From NCBI GenBank assembly GCA_038087875.1, contig CM075995.1, forward strand, positions 2,482,001 through 2,546,000: a stretch of DNA of 64,000 nt. The letters are read 5' to 3'. The DNA is from Malacoraja senta. Lineage: Eukaryota. Made by a program: the position numbers and the translations under genes. Below the pieces are notes generated by a model. The model saw only the letters and a list, made by a program, of their open reading frames with translations. It was not told the DNA's origin and ran no database searches. Numbering within the stretch: position 1 is the stretch's first letter; each line of letters opens with the position of its first letter. This document shows, one piece after another, positions 13,291-26,221 of the stretch.

Positions 13291-13784
13291 TAGGGTCGCC
13301 AACTGTCCCGTATTAGCTGGAACATCCCGTATTTTGGGCTAAATTGGTTTGTCCCGTACCGGACCACCCTTGCCCCGTATTTGACTGCTACTACTCCGGT
13401 CGAGGGAACTGTCGGGTCGGAGCACCGCGTCTGGCCCCGCCTCACCCGTCCCGATGTAGTGCAGCCCATGGCCGCGTCGGTCAGCAGCCCGGCCAGCTGT
13501 CCGACCTTCGGACCTTCGCTTACCGCCGACACCACCACCCCCTCCTTCTCATGGCCGATCATCGGTTCATGTGTTGGATGGAGCGCCGTCTTTGCTCGCT
13601 ATGTCGCGCGGCCCGGGCCAAAACTCCTCAGCTGGCCCGCCGGCTGTGCTTTGTAATGCAGTCCAGCACCCGGGCCTACTCATCATTCACCATGGCCGAG
13701 TCGGTCAACGATATGCTGTCGGGAATTTGTCCTGTATTTTGACCTTTTGTCCCTTATTTGGGAGTGAGAACGTTGGCAACCCTA
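13291..13784. mobile_element. Non-autonomous hAT DNA transposon
   Basis: TIR TAGGGTCGCCAAC / GTTGGCAACCCTA; 8-bp TSD atcctaac (13283-13290, 13785-13792); repeated subterminal tgtccc(g/t)ta; GC-rich interior. Confidence 0.9.
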
Positions 13785-13803
13785 ATCCTAACCCTTTTTC
13801 AGT

Positions 13804-14150
13804 ATCATAGAGTCATACAGTGTGGAAAAAGGCCCTTTGGCCCACACCGACCAACATGTCCCATCTACACTGGTCCCACCTACTTGCGTTTGGCCCTCCA
13901 AACCTGTCCTATCCATGTACCTGTCTAAATGTTTCTTAAACGTTGCAATAGTACCTGCCTCAACTACCTCTTTAAGTAGCACGATCCATATACCCATCAC
14001 CCTTTGTGTGAAAAAAGTACCCCTCAGGTTCCTATTAAATCTTACCCCGCTCACCTTAAGCCTCTGTCCTCTGGTTCTCGATTCCCTTACTCTGGGTTAG
14101 AGACTCTGTGAGTTTAACCAATCTATTCCCCTCACGATTTTGTATACATC
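13804..14150 (-). mobile_element. CR1 3' fragment (second 3'UTR family)
   Basis: FFTQRV..FKKHLDRYM; tail ctgtatgactcta. Confidence 0.8.
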
Positions 14151-14614
14151 TCCTGAAAGCCCAGGCACTCGAGTGCTGACAATGTTTTCCCTTGAGCCTT
14201 TCTGTACCATCATTAGTTAAGATGTTTTTTGAATGCGAAAAATACACAGGTTAGGATAGTACTGATCAACATTTAGCAAGATTCCACTTGTACACCGATC
14301 ACCCAGTATTCAGCTTGGAAACTCCCCATTCACTTTGGGAAAACCAGTCCAGATTAATTACACTTGCAACGATCAGATAATATTTTTGCTGATTAGCTTG
14401 GGCAGGTTACAAATTGGATGTCACACTTAGACATACTACTGTTAAGGAAAACTGAAAAGAAATTGAAAATGCTGGAAATCTGAAAATTAAACAGATAGCA
14501 TGGGAAATATTAAATGCATAGGAAGGAACTGCAGTTGCTGGTTTAAACCTAAGATATACACAAAAAGCTGGAGTAACTCCAGGCAGAATCTTTGGAGCCA
14601 AAGGACAAAAGGAC

Positions 14615-15055
14615 ATTTATTGTCACATACACCAAATGGTGTAGTGAAATTTGTTCTTGCCATGCAGCACAAATAGACACAACATTAAAGAAATGTAACA
14701 TAAAACATCCCCCCACAATGGATCCCACTGTGGGGGAAGGCACAAAGTCCAGTCCATATCCCCTTGTCCACCCATAGTCTGGCCTATATAGGCCTCCACA
14801 GTCGCCGCTATGGGGGCCGATGTTACAGGCCCTTCTTCGCCGGGTGATGGTGTTCCGGCGTCGGGAGAACCCTCTCAGCAGCTTGGGACAACTGCAACGG
14901 CCGTCTCCCTACCGGAGTCCGCGGCTTCCGAAGCCGACAGGAGCTCCAACTCGATGGAGCTCCACCACTGGCGATCTCGTCGCGAGATCCCAGGCTCCCA
15001 ATGTAAAGTTCAGCGCCGCCGCCCGCAGCTGGTCGCTCCACAGTCCCACAGCTCC
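14615..15055 (-). mobile_element. GC-rich Rex-tailed non-autonomous element, copy 1
   Basis: Homologous to 31150-31950; 3' tail ..gtgtatgtgacaataaa on the minus strand. Confidence 0.65.
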
Positions 15056-15169
15056 AGATGGAATGGGTGACGTTTTGGGTCTGAAAAAGGGTCTCGATGT
15101 TGCCTGTCCCACTGAGTTACTCCAGCATTTTGTGTCTATCATGGGAAATTTTGTGTCTATCATGACAAC

Positions 15170-15712
15170 ATTGGCGGCGGTGCAGCGCTGGAGCGCTGTC
15201 GTGGAGCGGGCGATGCCTTTCCTGGGTCGCCGCGCTGGAACTCCAGTATGCTGGGACCGCCGATGAGAACATCGTGGAGCCGCGGTTCTGTGGAGCGGCC
15301 CAGCTGCGACGCTGAACGTTACATCCCGGAGCCTGGGATCTCTCGCTGAGATCGCCAGTGTGTGGGGCTCCGTCCGGCGTGGTCTGTTGGCTTGGAAGCC
15401 GCGGTCTCCGGTGGGAATGCGGCCGTTCCTGGCACTCCAAGCCGCTGGGGGTTCTCCCGACGCCGGAGTACCATCACCCGGTGAGAACATCGGGCGCCGT
15501 GGCGGCGACTGTGGAGGCCTCAATAGGCCCGACTCTGGGTGGACAAGAGGATGGGGACTGGACTTTGTGCCTTCCCCCACAGTGGGGACCACTGTGGGGG
15601 GATGTTTTTGTGTTTTGGTGTTGAACTTCTTTTTGAATGCTATGTTGTATTTTTATTGGTGTGCTGCAAGTACATCTGAATTTCCCCTGAATAAGGGGAT
15701 TAATAAAGTCTA
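15170..15712 (+). mobile_element. GC-rich non-autonomous element, copy 2 (inverted relative to copy 1)
   Basis: Reverse-complement match to 14700-15050 and to 31260-31680. Confidence 0.65.
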
Positions 15713-15811
15713 ATTCAATTCATCTGCAGAGAGCAAAAGATGGTTAACATTTCAAGTCAATGACCCGATGACCAGAATGTTGAGTATGTACATCCTGTTA
15801 GCTTCAATAAT

Positions 15812-16080
15812 TAGTTTAGTATAGTTTAGTTTGGAGGTATAGCGCGGAAACAGGCCACTCGACCCACCCAGTCCGCACCGACCAGCAATCCCCACACACC
15901 AACACTATCCAGCACACACAGGGGACAATTTTTTATATTTATACCAAGCCAATTAACCTACAAACCTGTACGTCTTTGGAGTGTTGGAGGAAGCTGAAGA
16001 TTTCAGAGAAACCCCACGCAGGTCACGGGGAGAACGTACAAACTCCATATAGACAAGCACCCATAGTCGGGATCGAACTT
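15812..16080 (-). mobile_element. HE1-like V-SINE (partial)
   Basis: V-domain and (TTTAG)n tail. Confidence 0.8.
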
Positions 16081-16126
16081 CAGCGTTCGGTGCTCCATTA
16101 CATCAGCAAGACCAAGCGTAGACTTA

Positions 16127-16349
16127 AGGGCCTGTCCCACTTCGGCGTCATTTGAGCGTCATTTACCTGACATCATTTACGCGTCACGACGCACGTGACG
16201 TGCGCATGGCGTGCATTATGCGCGCATGGCACGTGGTGGCGTAGGCAGTGATACGCTGTAGCGCGCGGCTCCCCAGGATTTTAGGATTCTCAAAATCCTC
16301 GCGCACCACCTGCGTGACGCGCAAATGACGCCCAAGTGGGACAGGCCCT
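16127..16349. mobile_element. PIF/Harbinger-like MITE, subfamily C (short form)
   Basis: TIR AGGGCCTGTCCCACTT(C/G)GGCGTCATTTG; TTA TSD; inserted into a PLE GIY-YIG remnant. Confidence 0.85.
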
Positions 16350-16404
16350 TTAGCGACCATTTCGCTGAACACTTGTGAACACTTGTCTACCTGGGCCGAC
16401 TGGA

Positions 16405-17160
16405 TATAGACAATAGACAATAGGTGCAGGAGTAGGCCATTTGGCCCTTCGAGCCAGCACCGCCATTGAATGTGATCATGGCTGATCATCCCCAATCAGT
16501 ACCCCGTTCCTGCCTTCTCCCCATATCCCCTGACTCCGCTATTTTTAAGAGCCCTATCTAGCTCTCTCTTGAAAGCATCCAGAGAACCTGCCTCCACCGC
16601 CCTCTGAGGCAGAGAATTCCACAGACTCACCACTCTCTGTGAGAAAAAGTGTTTCCTCGTCTCCGTCCTAAATGGCTTACTCCTTATTCTTAAACTGTGA
16701 CCCCTGGTTCTGGACTCCCCCAACATCGGGAACATGTTTCCTGCCTCTAGCGTGTTCAAGCCCTTAACAATCTTATATGTTTCAATGAGATCTCCTCTCA
16801 TCCTTCTAAACTCCAGAGTGTACAAGCCCAGCTGCTCCATTCTCTCAGCCTATGACAGTCCCGCCATCCCGGGAATTAACCTTGTGAACCTGCGCTGCAC
16901 TCCGTCAATAGCAAGAATGTCCTTCCTCAAATTAGGGGACCAAAACAGCACACAATATTCCAGGTGTGGTCTCACTAGGGCTCTGTACAACTGCAGAAGG
17001 ACGTCTTTGCTCCTATATTCGATTCCTCTTGTTATAAAAGCCAACATGGCATTCGCTTTCTTCACTGCCCGCTGTACCTGCATGCTTACTTTCATAGACT
17101 ACAAGGACCCCCAGATCCCGTTGTACTTCCCCTTTTCCCAACTTGACACCATTTAGATAG
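16405..17160 (-). mobile_element. CR1 LINE 3' fragment
   Basis: LYRALVRPHLEYCV..RGHSLRI..GYGEKAGTGY. Confidence 0.9.
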
Positions 17161-17499
17161 TAGATCTCCTGATTCATAACCATTTTAACTCCCATTCCCA
17201 TACCGACCTCTCTGTCGTAGATCGCCTCTATTGCCAGAGTGAGGCCACAATCAAAACTGGAGGAACAACACCTCATATTCCACTTACAGATACAGATACA
17301 GATATACACCGCGAAAACAGGCCCTTTGGCCCACGCTGAGTGCGCGCTGCCCAGCAATCTCCACAGTACATAAAGACCAGATCAAGGATGGACTGCCAGC
17401 CATTCTCTATTATTGTGGCTTGTACTTTAGTATTTTTATGCAGTTGATAAACCTTTCATTAATACAGAAGTAATGAGCCACAGTTGCATTGAGTATTCC

Positions 17500-17740
17500 A
17501 GTTCACTGGCACTAGCACTGTCTTGCACACAAGGGATAATTCACAATCTCACCGAAGCCAATTCACCGACAAACCTGTATGTCTTTGGAGTGTGGGAGGA
17601 AACCGGAGCACCCGGAGAAAACCCACGCGGTCACAGGGACAATGTACAAACTCCGTACAGACAGCACCCGTAGTCAGGATCAAACTCAGGTAGAGGTGCT
17701 GTAAGGCAGCAACTCTATCGCTGTGCCACTGTGCCGCCCT
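17500..17740 (-). mobile_element. HE1-like V-SINE
   Basis: Head and V-domain on the minus strand. Confidence 0.75.
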
Positions 17741-17864
17741 CTTGGGCACTTATAATCCAACAGTATGAACATTTAATGCTCCAATTTTAAGTAATGTCCC
17801 TCTTCCCCCTCTTTCTTTTCCTCTGCCCCATACTTTCCCCCCAAACCCCAATGCATGAGTTTGA

Positions 17865-18250
17865 ATTTTGTTTATTGTTACGTGTACCGAGCTACAGTGA
17901 AAAGTTGTTTTTGCGTGCTAACCAGTCAGCGGAAGGACAAATCACAATTTCAATCGAGCCATCCAGTGTACAAATACATAATAAGTGAATAACATTCAGT
18001 GCAAGATAAAGTAAAGTCCGATCAAATATATTCTGAGTCTGCAATTACGTAGATAGCAGTTCAGCACTGCTCTCTGGTTGTGGTAGGATGGTTCAGTTGC
18101 CTGATAAACAGCTGGGAAGAAACTGTCCCTGAATCTGGAGGGGTGCGTTTTCACACTTCTATACCTTTTGCCGGATGGGAGTGGGGAGAAGAGGGAGTGG
18201 CCAGGGTGCAACTGCTGGCCTTGCCGAAGCAGCGTGAGGTATAAATGGAA
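17865..18250 (-). mobile_element. Rex1/Babar LINE 3' fragment
   Basis: HPGHSLFSPLPSGKRYRS..SRFRDSFFPAV; tail ggtacacgtaacaataaa. Confidence 0.8.
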
Positions 18251-18267
18251 TATTTCTATACTTTTTT

Positions 18268-19340
18268 GGTAAGTTTCAATGAGGTACCCCCTCAACCTTC
18301 TAAACTCCAGTGAGAAGAGGCCCAGTGCTGTCCAACGCTCATCATATGCTAACCCACTCATTCCTGGAATCATTCTTGTAAACCTCCTCTGGACCCTCTC
18401 CAGAGCCAGCACATCCATCTTCAGATATGGGGCCCAAATTTGCATACAGTACTCCAAATGTGGCCTGACCAGTGCCTTATAGAGCCTCAGCATTACATCT
18501 CTGTTTTTGTATTCCAGTACTCTTGATATAAATGCTAGCATTGAATTTGACCTCCTTACCACCGATTCGACTTGCAAATTAACTTTTTGGGAGTCCTGCA
18601 CCAGGACTCCGAAGTCCCTTTGCACCTCCGGTTCCTGGATTCTCTCTCCATTTAGAAAATAATCTACACCTTTATTCTTATTACCAAAATGCATGACTCG
18701 GCACTTTGCTACACTAAACTTCATCTGCCACTTCTCTGCCCACTCTCCTAACCTGTCCAAGTCCTTCTGCAGAGTCCTTCCTTCATCTACACTGCCTGCC
18801 CCTCCACCTATCTTAGCATCATCTGCAAACTTGGTCACAAAGCCTTCAATCCCCTTATCCAAATCATTAATATACAACGTGAAGAGAAGCGGCCCCCGAC
18901 TCTTGCGGAACTCCACTAGTCACTGGCAGCCAACCTGTAAAAGCGCCTTTTATTGCGACTCTTTGCCTTCTGCCATACAACCAACTCGCTATCCATGCTA
19001 GTATCTTCCCTTCAATACCATTGGCTCATCTTCCCTAGCAGCCTGACATGCGGCACCTTATCGAAGGCCTGAAATTCTAGGTGAACAACATCTACATTCT
19101 CCCCTCTGTCTGTCCTGCTATTAACATCCGCAAAGAACTCCAGCAGATTCATCAGGCAAGATCTTCCCTTCACAAAACCATGCTGACTTTGGCCTATTTT
19201 ATCGTGAATTTCCAAGTACTGCGTAACATCATTCTTTATAATTGACCCTAAAATTTTACCAACCACCGAAGTCAGGCTAACCGGCCTATAGTTTCCGCTC
19301 TTCTACTGCGCTCCCTTCTTGTACAGCGGGGTGATATTCC
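18268..19340 (-). mobile_element. CR1 LINE RT fragment
   Basis: QHGFVKGRSCL..AFDKVPH; GPLLFTLYINDL..KFADD. Confidence 0.9.
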
Positions 19341-19374
19341 ATTTACTATGGGATTATTTCAATTGAAGTATTGC

Positions 19375-19836
19375 AGCACAGTGGCACTGCGGTAGAGTTG
19401 CTGCCTTGCAGCGCCAGAGACCTGGGTTCGAACCTGACTACGAGTGCTGTCTGTATGAAGTGTGTACGTTTTCACTGTAACCAAATAGGTTTCTTCTGGG
19501 TGCTCCGGTTTCCTCCCACATTCCAAAAACGTAAAGGTTTGTAGGCTAATTAGCCTGTAAATTGTCCCTAGTGTGAAGAATAGATAGGCCCACCAGCGAT
19601 CCTCAGGATCGCTGGTGGGCCTATCTATTCTTCACACTAGGAACAATTTTAATTTACCAGCTAATTAACCTACAAACCTTTACGTTTTGGAATGTGGGAG
19701 AAACCGGAGCTCCCGGAGAAAACCCATGCAGGTCACAGGAAGAATGTACAAACTCCATACAGACAGGACCCATGGACAGGATCAAACACGGGTCTCTGGT
19801 GCTGTGAGGCAGCAACTCTACTGGTGTGCCACCGTG
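19375..19836. mobile_element. Two HE1-like SINEs fused tail-to-tail (fold-back)
   Basis: Plus copy ~19375-19603 and minus copy ~19605-19836; perfect 37-bp arms centred on 19604. Confidence 0.9.
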
Positions 19837-20451
19837 ACACCATTTCTTTAAACTGAACTAAAGTACAAATTTGGCAAAAACGAAAAGTTACAACAATTTA
19901 GTATTTAAATCCTAATGGCTCGTTTCGGCAAAGAAAGCTTTAAACTGATGTGTGGGGGTTAGCAAAAGAGCCAAACAGTGAATTTCTGCAGCAGGTGACA
20001 CTTCCTCGCCATTGAAAATAGGGCGCGATGGGGGAGGAAAGTATGTGGGGGGTAGCAGGCAGTCAAAATCAAGTTAGACCAACACGAAAAAGTGAGGTAA
20101 TGGAAAAATAACTGTGAATCGCACCATTCAATTAGCACCATGACATCCAGCTGCACGCACTTCACAGGAACAGCTGTAAAATGTTACTCCACATGAGGCA
20201 GAGGTTTGAGGGAGTTGACCACCTACAGTGAGCTGACAAAACACCAAGCTGAGGTTCTGCGTCGAAGCGTGTTAAAACAGATTAATAATGAGCAGAGTTT
20301 TGAAAAATGCTAAAAGGAAACATTTCTGGATTTCCACTCCAAAACTTCTGTCAACTTAATTTTTTGGCTTGGAAAAGAAAGCGCTCAAAATATTTTCTTG
20401 TTTACACATCTGGTAAAACATGCAATGGAAGTGGTGAATACTAGGTACTGT

Positions 20452-20762
20452 TTAGGTTTAGTTTAGTTTAGTTTAGAGATACAGCATGGGAAACAGGCCC
20501 TTCGGCCCACTGAGTCCACGCCGACCAACGATCCCCGTACACTAACACTATCCTACACGCACTAAGGACAAGTAACTATTTTACCAAGCCAAGTAACCTA
20601 CTAACCTGTACATCTTTGGAGTGTGGGAAGAAGCCGGAGTACCCGGGGAAAACCCACACATGTCACGGGGAGAACGTACAAACTCCGTACAGACAGCACC
20701 CGTAGTCAGGATCGAACCTGGGTCTCCGTCGCAGTAACACAGCAAATCTACCGCTGCACCAT
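20452..20762 (-). mobile_element. HE1-like V-SINE
   Basis: Near full length with (TTTAG)n tail. Confidence 0.85.
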
Positions 20763-21077
20763 CGTTAGGTGTGCATATGAAGGTTTCAAAGAACTTGAGT
20801 TAATTACTTAAGAATTTGTCTCAACGTGGAATAAATATTGAGGTCATTGGGAACTCCAGGGAATTTGAAACATACTTTAAAAAATCTGGATATCTTTTAC
20901 TTTCTGCAAAGAAGACAGATAACAGAAGCATCATGGCTGCTGGCATTATGGTTTAGCTATTTCAAATGTAGCTTATGGACAGATTGTAGAAGACATTACT
21001 CAATACCCTAACACAGTATGAAAATGCCATGTATCAGGGCTTTTGTACAGTCCTCTGGAGTCATAGAGTCATACATG

Positions 21078-21900
21078 CATCACAGCTTGGTCTGGGAACA
21101 GCTCCATGCAAGACCGCATGAAATTGCAGAGAATTGGGGACTTAGCCCAGACCATCACGCAAATCAACCTCCCTTACATTGACTCCATCTACATTTCATG
21201 CTGCCTCGGCAGGGCCACCAGCATAATAGACAATAGACAATAGGTGCAGGAGTAGGCCATTCGGCCCTTCAAGCCAGCACCACCATTCAATGTGATCATG
21301 GCTGATCATCCCCAATTCCTGCCTTCTCCCCATATCCCCATAGACAGGACAAGTCTCTCCCCAGTCACTCCCTCTTTTCCCCTCTCCCATCAGGCAAGAG
21401 GTACAGAAGTATGAAAACGCACACCTCCAGATTCAGGGACAGTTTCTTGCCAGCTCTTATCAGGCAACTGAACCATCCTATCACCAACTGGAGAGCGATC
21501 CTGACCTACCATTTATCTCATTGGAGACGCTCGGACTATCTGTAGTTGGATTTTACTGGACTTTATTGCACTTTATCTGTTTATTTATTTATGTGTGTAC
21601 ATATATATATATTCAATGGTATATGGCCACACTGATCTGTATTTATGCCTACTATATTCTGTTGTGCTGAAGCAAAGCAATAATTTTATTGTCCTATCTG
21701 GGACACATGACAATAAACTCTCTTGAATCTTGAATCTTGACTTTATCGTGCACTAAATGTTATTCCCTTTATCCTGCATCTGTACACTGTGGATGGCGTG
21801 ATTGTCATCATGTTTTGTTTTTTCACTGATTGGATAGCATGCAACAAAAAGGCTTTTCACTGTACGTCGGTACACGTGACAATAATAAACAAAACTCTAA
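21078..21900 (+). mobile_element. Rex1/Babar 3' fragment with nested CR1 3'UTR (~21227-21340, minus)
   Basis: CITAW.GNSS..DR.KLQR-like remnant; ggcaagaggtacagaagt; tail ggtacacgtgacaataa. Confidence 0.7.
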
Positions 21901-21987
21901 ACTCTCTTCCCTTTTTCTCTTCCTCTCTGTTCCTCCTACTTCTCTCTCTCCCTCTTTATTTCCCCCCTCTCTCCTTCCATGTCTCAC

Positions 21988-22435
21988 TCCCTCCCACCTA
22001 TCTCTGACTCCATTTATACCTCACGCTGCCTCGGCAAGGCCAGCAGCATAATCAAGGTTGAGTCGCACCCTGGCCACTCCCTCTTCTCCCCTCTCCCATC
22101 GGGCAAAAGGTATAGAAGTAGGAAAACGCACATCTCCAAATTCAGGGACAGTTTCTTCCCAGCTGTTATCAGGCAACTTAACCATCCTACCGCAACCAGA
22201 GAGCAGTCCTGAACTACTATCTACCTCAGCAGGGACCCTCGGACTATCTTGGATCGGACTTGACTGGCTTTACCTTGCACTAAACCTTATTCCCTTATCA
22301 CGTATCCGTACACTACGAATAGCTCGATTGTAATCATCCATTGTCTTCCTGCTGACTGGGTAGCACGCAACAAAAGCTTTTCACTGTACCTCGGTACACG
22401 TGACGATAAACTGAACTGAACTGAAGCTAAACTGA
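21988..22435 (+). mobile_element. Rex1/Babar 3' fragment
   Basis: IYTSRCLGKASSII..HPGHSLFSPLPSGKRYRS..FFPAVIRQLN; (ACTGA)n tail. Confidence 0.85.
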
Positions 22436-23468
22436 ACCCTCTCTATCTTTCTTCCATCCTCTCTTTCTTTCCCATCCAGATGATTAAACACACACCAGAA
22501 AATATCTGCTGAAGCAGATAAAACCCAATGCTGCAGATTGCACCATGAATCGGTACAAGTCACTTCGTTTTTTTCCCTGCCATTGCTGATAAAAATGCTT
22601 CACACTGAACCGGAATTTCGCAAGTTCCATCTTCACTTCACCGACGTGTCTATTCGTGATATAAAGGGTGAGCGCCGACAGGCAATTGGGGCCACGCAAT
22701 GGAGAAAAAAGAAGGCCATCATTGTGAAGCACGATTCTGTCACCACAACAACATCCTCAAGCAAGGATCAATAAACAGCCATTAAAAAGTGCAATGATTT
22801 TTCCTCCTGCGGCTTGGCCAATTCCCTCATCAGATGTTAGCTGGAGCCAAAAAAGCAAAACAATCAAACCTGGAATATTTTAAAGCTCCAACATATCTTC
22901 AAGCCTTAACAAAGCTTCAAGAATCGGCACCATGATTACATTGGCAACGCTGAGGAATAAATATCAGTGCGGATAAAATAACCACACACGAGCAGATTAC
23001 AAAGCGTCTTTTACTTTAATGATTTTAATAAGTCATGAACTTCAATCAATTTCTGAATGTTTCTGAACCTGCAGGTAATTGCTGCTTTTAAAGTGCTATT
23101 TTCTTCTTTTTTTTTGTATGGTAAAAGGTGCATTTTCTTTTGCCCTTGATCAAGCAAGCATTTATGCTTTATACTATAAACCATCTGTAGTTTATTGATC
23201 CCTCCTTCTGAGCAGGATGGCTTTCCTTTCTGCTCTCTGTGAAGGTCATTTTATCTATTTGTAATCTGAGGGGGTAGGGAACATAATGTATTTTAACCGT
23301 TTTAAAAGGAGCATCCTCCTTGAAGGAGGTTTGAAACGATTTGATGATGAGCCATTGAACTTGAGAACCAACAGCAGTAGGTTTGGAAGTTCAAAGTTAA
23401 TTTTAAAATTGTACAGAAAAGCAAACATAGCTGTCAGTTTGCAGAACCTTTCTTCTTGCATGGAAATA

Positions 23469-23981
23469 TTTAGTTTAGTTTAGTCTAGTTCAGAGACACA
23501 GCGCAGAAACAGGCCCTTCGGTCTACCGAGTCCACGCCGAACAACAATCACCCTGTACACTAGCGCTATCCTACACACTAGGGACAATTTACAATTTTTA
23601 CTGAAGCCAATTAACCTACAAACCTATAAGTCTTTAACCTGTTTAAGAAGGAGCTGCAGATGCTGGAAAATCGAAGGTAGACAAAAATGCTGGAGGAACT
23701 CAGCGGGTGAGGCAGCATCTATGGAGCGAAGGAAATAGGCAACGTTTCGGGCCGAAACGTTGCCTATTTCCTTCGCTCCATAGATGCTGCCTCACCCGCT
23801 GAGCTTCTCCAGTCTTTAACCTGTACGTCTTTGTAGAGTGGGAGGAAACCGGAGCACCTGGAGAAACACTACGAGGTCACGGGTAGAACGTACAAACTTC
23901 GTACTGACATCACCCGTAGTCAGGATCGAACCCGGCTCACTGTCGCTGTAAGGCAGCAACCCTACCGCTGCACCACCGTGC
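23469..23981 (-). mobile_element. HE1-like V-SINE interrupted by a fold-back Penelope mini-element (23643-23810)
   Basis: 14-bp TSD agtctttaacctgt (23629-23642, 23811-23824); near-perfect ~60-bp inverted arms centred ~23750. Confidence 0.85.
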
Positions 23982-24417
23982 CAGTCTGGAACTGTTTTTT
24001 CCCTTTATGGGGAGATCTGGACCTATCAATATAATTATTGAGGGCAAACTGTAAATCAGTAACAGGATGTCGTATAGTTGGTGCTGTTGATTAATAGAAC
24101 ACTACCACTGGAACGTTTGTAGGTGTAAATGTTATACTCTCTCAGCAGATTCTGTTTGTTTTTACAGTGAAAGTTTAATCAACTGGCATAATAGAAGCAA
24201 TGCTGACTCCACTTGATTGATAATGTAAACTGACAAATAATCAAAAGTTCCCCTCCACTTAGACTCACATGGTCGATTGTCAACTTCTCCAAAACCCCAC
24301 TGACCCATATGTCAAATGTCAGAGGCAACTCTGCCAGCTGGAAAAGCAACAGCAGCGAGTGATTATATTTCAGTTTCAATGCATTCAATCCATTTGGGTC
24401 TCAATTCCAAAAATATA

Positions 24418-24732
24418 TTTAGACTTTAGACTTCAGAGATACAGCACGGAAACAAGCCCTTCGGCCCACCGAGTCCACACCGACCAGCGATCACCCCGTA
24501 CACTAGCACTATCCCAGATACTCAGGACAATTTACAATTTTACTGAAGCTAATTAACTTACCAACCTGTACGTCTTTGGAGTGTGGGAGGAAACCGGAGC
24601 AGCCGGAGAAATCCCACGCAGGTCACAGGGAGAATGTACAATCTCCGTATAGATAGCAGCCGAAGTCAGGATTGAACCCAGGTCTCTGGCATCGTAAGGC
24701 AGCAATTCTACTGCTGCGTTTCTGTACCACCC
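24418..24732 (-). mobile_element. HE1-like V-SINE
   Basis: Head, V-domain and tail. Confidence 0.8.
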
Positions 24733-24989
24733 ATTTGTTAACTTTGTGATGTCTTACATTGTAAAGTAATCAAATAGAATTTGGAAGTGAGATCGAAGTG
24801 CGTCAGACAAATGGATAAAATTAGTTCAAGGAGTAGATGTTAAGTAATGGCTTAACAGGACTGAGAGGCAGAGAAACTGAATGTCCTTGAGCAAGATTGA
24901 GTGATGATACTGTGACTGAATGCTCAGAATTATCAGTGGCGGACAATGGGAACTATTTCCTGCGTCTTATCAACATTATTATCAACATC

Positions 24990-25962
24990 TATATATATAT
25001 TAATGATTTAGATGAGGGAATGAAATGTGACATCTCCAAGTTTGCGGTTGACACAAAGCTGGGTGGCAGTGTGAGTTGCGATGAGGATGCTATGAGGCTG
25101 CAGGGTGACTTGGATAGGTTGGGTGAGTGGGCAGATACATGGCAGATGCAGTATAATGTGGATAAATGTGAGGTTATCCACTTTGGTGGCAAGAACATGA
25201 AGGCAGATTATTATCTGAATCGTGTGCGATTAGGAAAAGGTGAGGTGCAACGAGGCCTGGGTGTGCTTGTACATCAGTCACTGAAAGTAAGCATGCAGGT
25301 ACAGCAGGCAGTGAAGAAAGCTAATGGCATGTTGGCCTTCATTGCGAGAGGATTTGAGTTTAGGAGCAAGGAGGTCCTACTGCAGTTGTACAGGGCCCTG
25401 GTGAGACCGCAACTGGAGTATTGTGTGCAATTTTGGTCTCCTAATTTGAGGAGGAACATTATTGCTATTGAGGGAGTGCAGCGTAGGTTCACCAGGTTAA
25501 TTTCCGGGATGGCGGGACTGACAAGTGATGAAAGAATGGGTCGACTGGGCTTATATTCATTGAAATTTAGAAGGATGAGAGAGGATCTTATAGAAACATA
25601 TAAAATAATAAAAAGGACTGGATAGGTTAGATGCAGGAAAAATGTTCCCGATGGTGGGGGAGTCCAGAACTAGGGGTCACAGTTTAAGAATAAGAGGTAG
25701 GCCATTTAGGACTGAGATGAGGAAAAACCTCTTCACCCAGAGAGTTGTGAATCTGTGGAATTCTCTGCCACAGAAGGCAGTGGAGGCCAATTCACTGGAT
25801 GGTTTCAAGAGAGAGTAAAATTTAGTTCTTGGGGCTAAAGTAATCAAGGGATATGGGGAAAAAGCAGGAATGGGGTACTGATTGGGGATGATCAGCCATG
25901 ATCATATTGAATGGCTCGAAGGGCCGAATGGCCTACTCCTGCACCATATTTCTATATTTCTA
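24990..25962 (+). mobile_element. CR1 LINE 3' ~1 kb
   Basis: YINDLDEG..KFAVDTKL..LVRPQLEYCVQFW plus 3'UTR; frameshift near 25610. Confidence 0.9.
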
Positions 25963-26221
25963 TTAGGAACAGATTATTGATCATTATCAGATTACTATTT
26001 CAGGGTGAAGGCACAGGAGCTTGAAAAGCTTCTACCAGCTTCTTCCCCACTATTATCAGGCTTCTGAACGGGTCCTTCCATTAGCGAAGGTACTGCCCGA
26101 TTCACCTCCACTCCATTGTGGACATTAGACTTGAACTAAGGATCTGATGCACTAGGTAGTTGAGGCTGGGACTATCGCAACGTTTAATAAGCAATTAGAC
26201 AAGTACATGGATAGCACGTCT

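Noticed and set aside
14810..15713. Overlapping GC-rich ORFs (also 13290-13810, 31150-31864, 35601-36081, 46684-47201)
   Set aside because: Stop-poor GC-rich repeats with no recognisable protein similarity
17996..18916. 306-aa ORF as a gene
   Set aside because: Chance read-through from CR1 RT into a Rex1/Babar C-terminus
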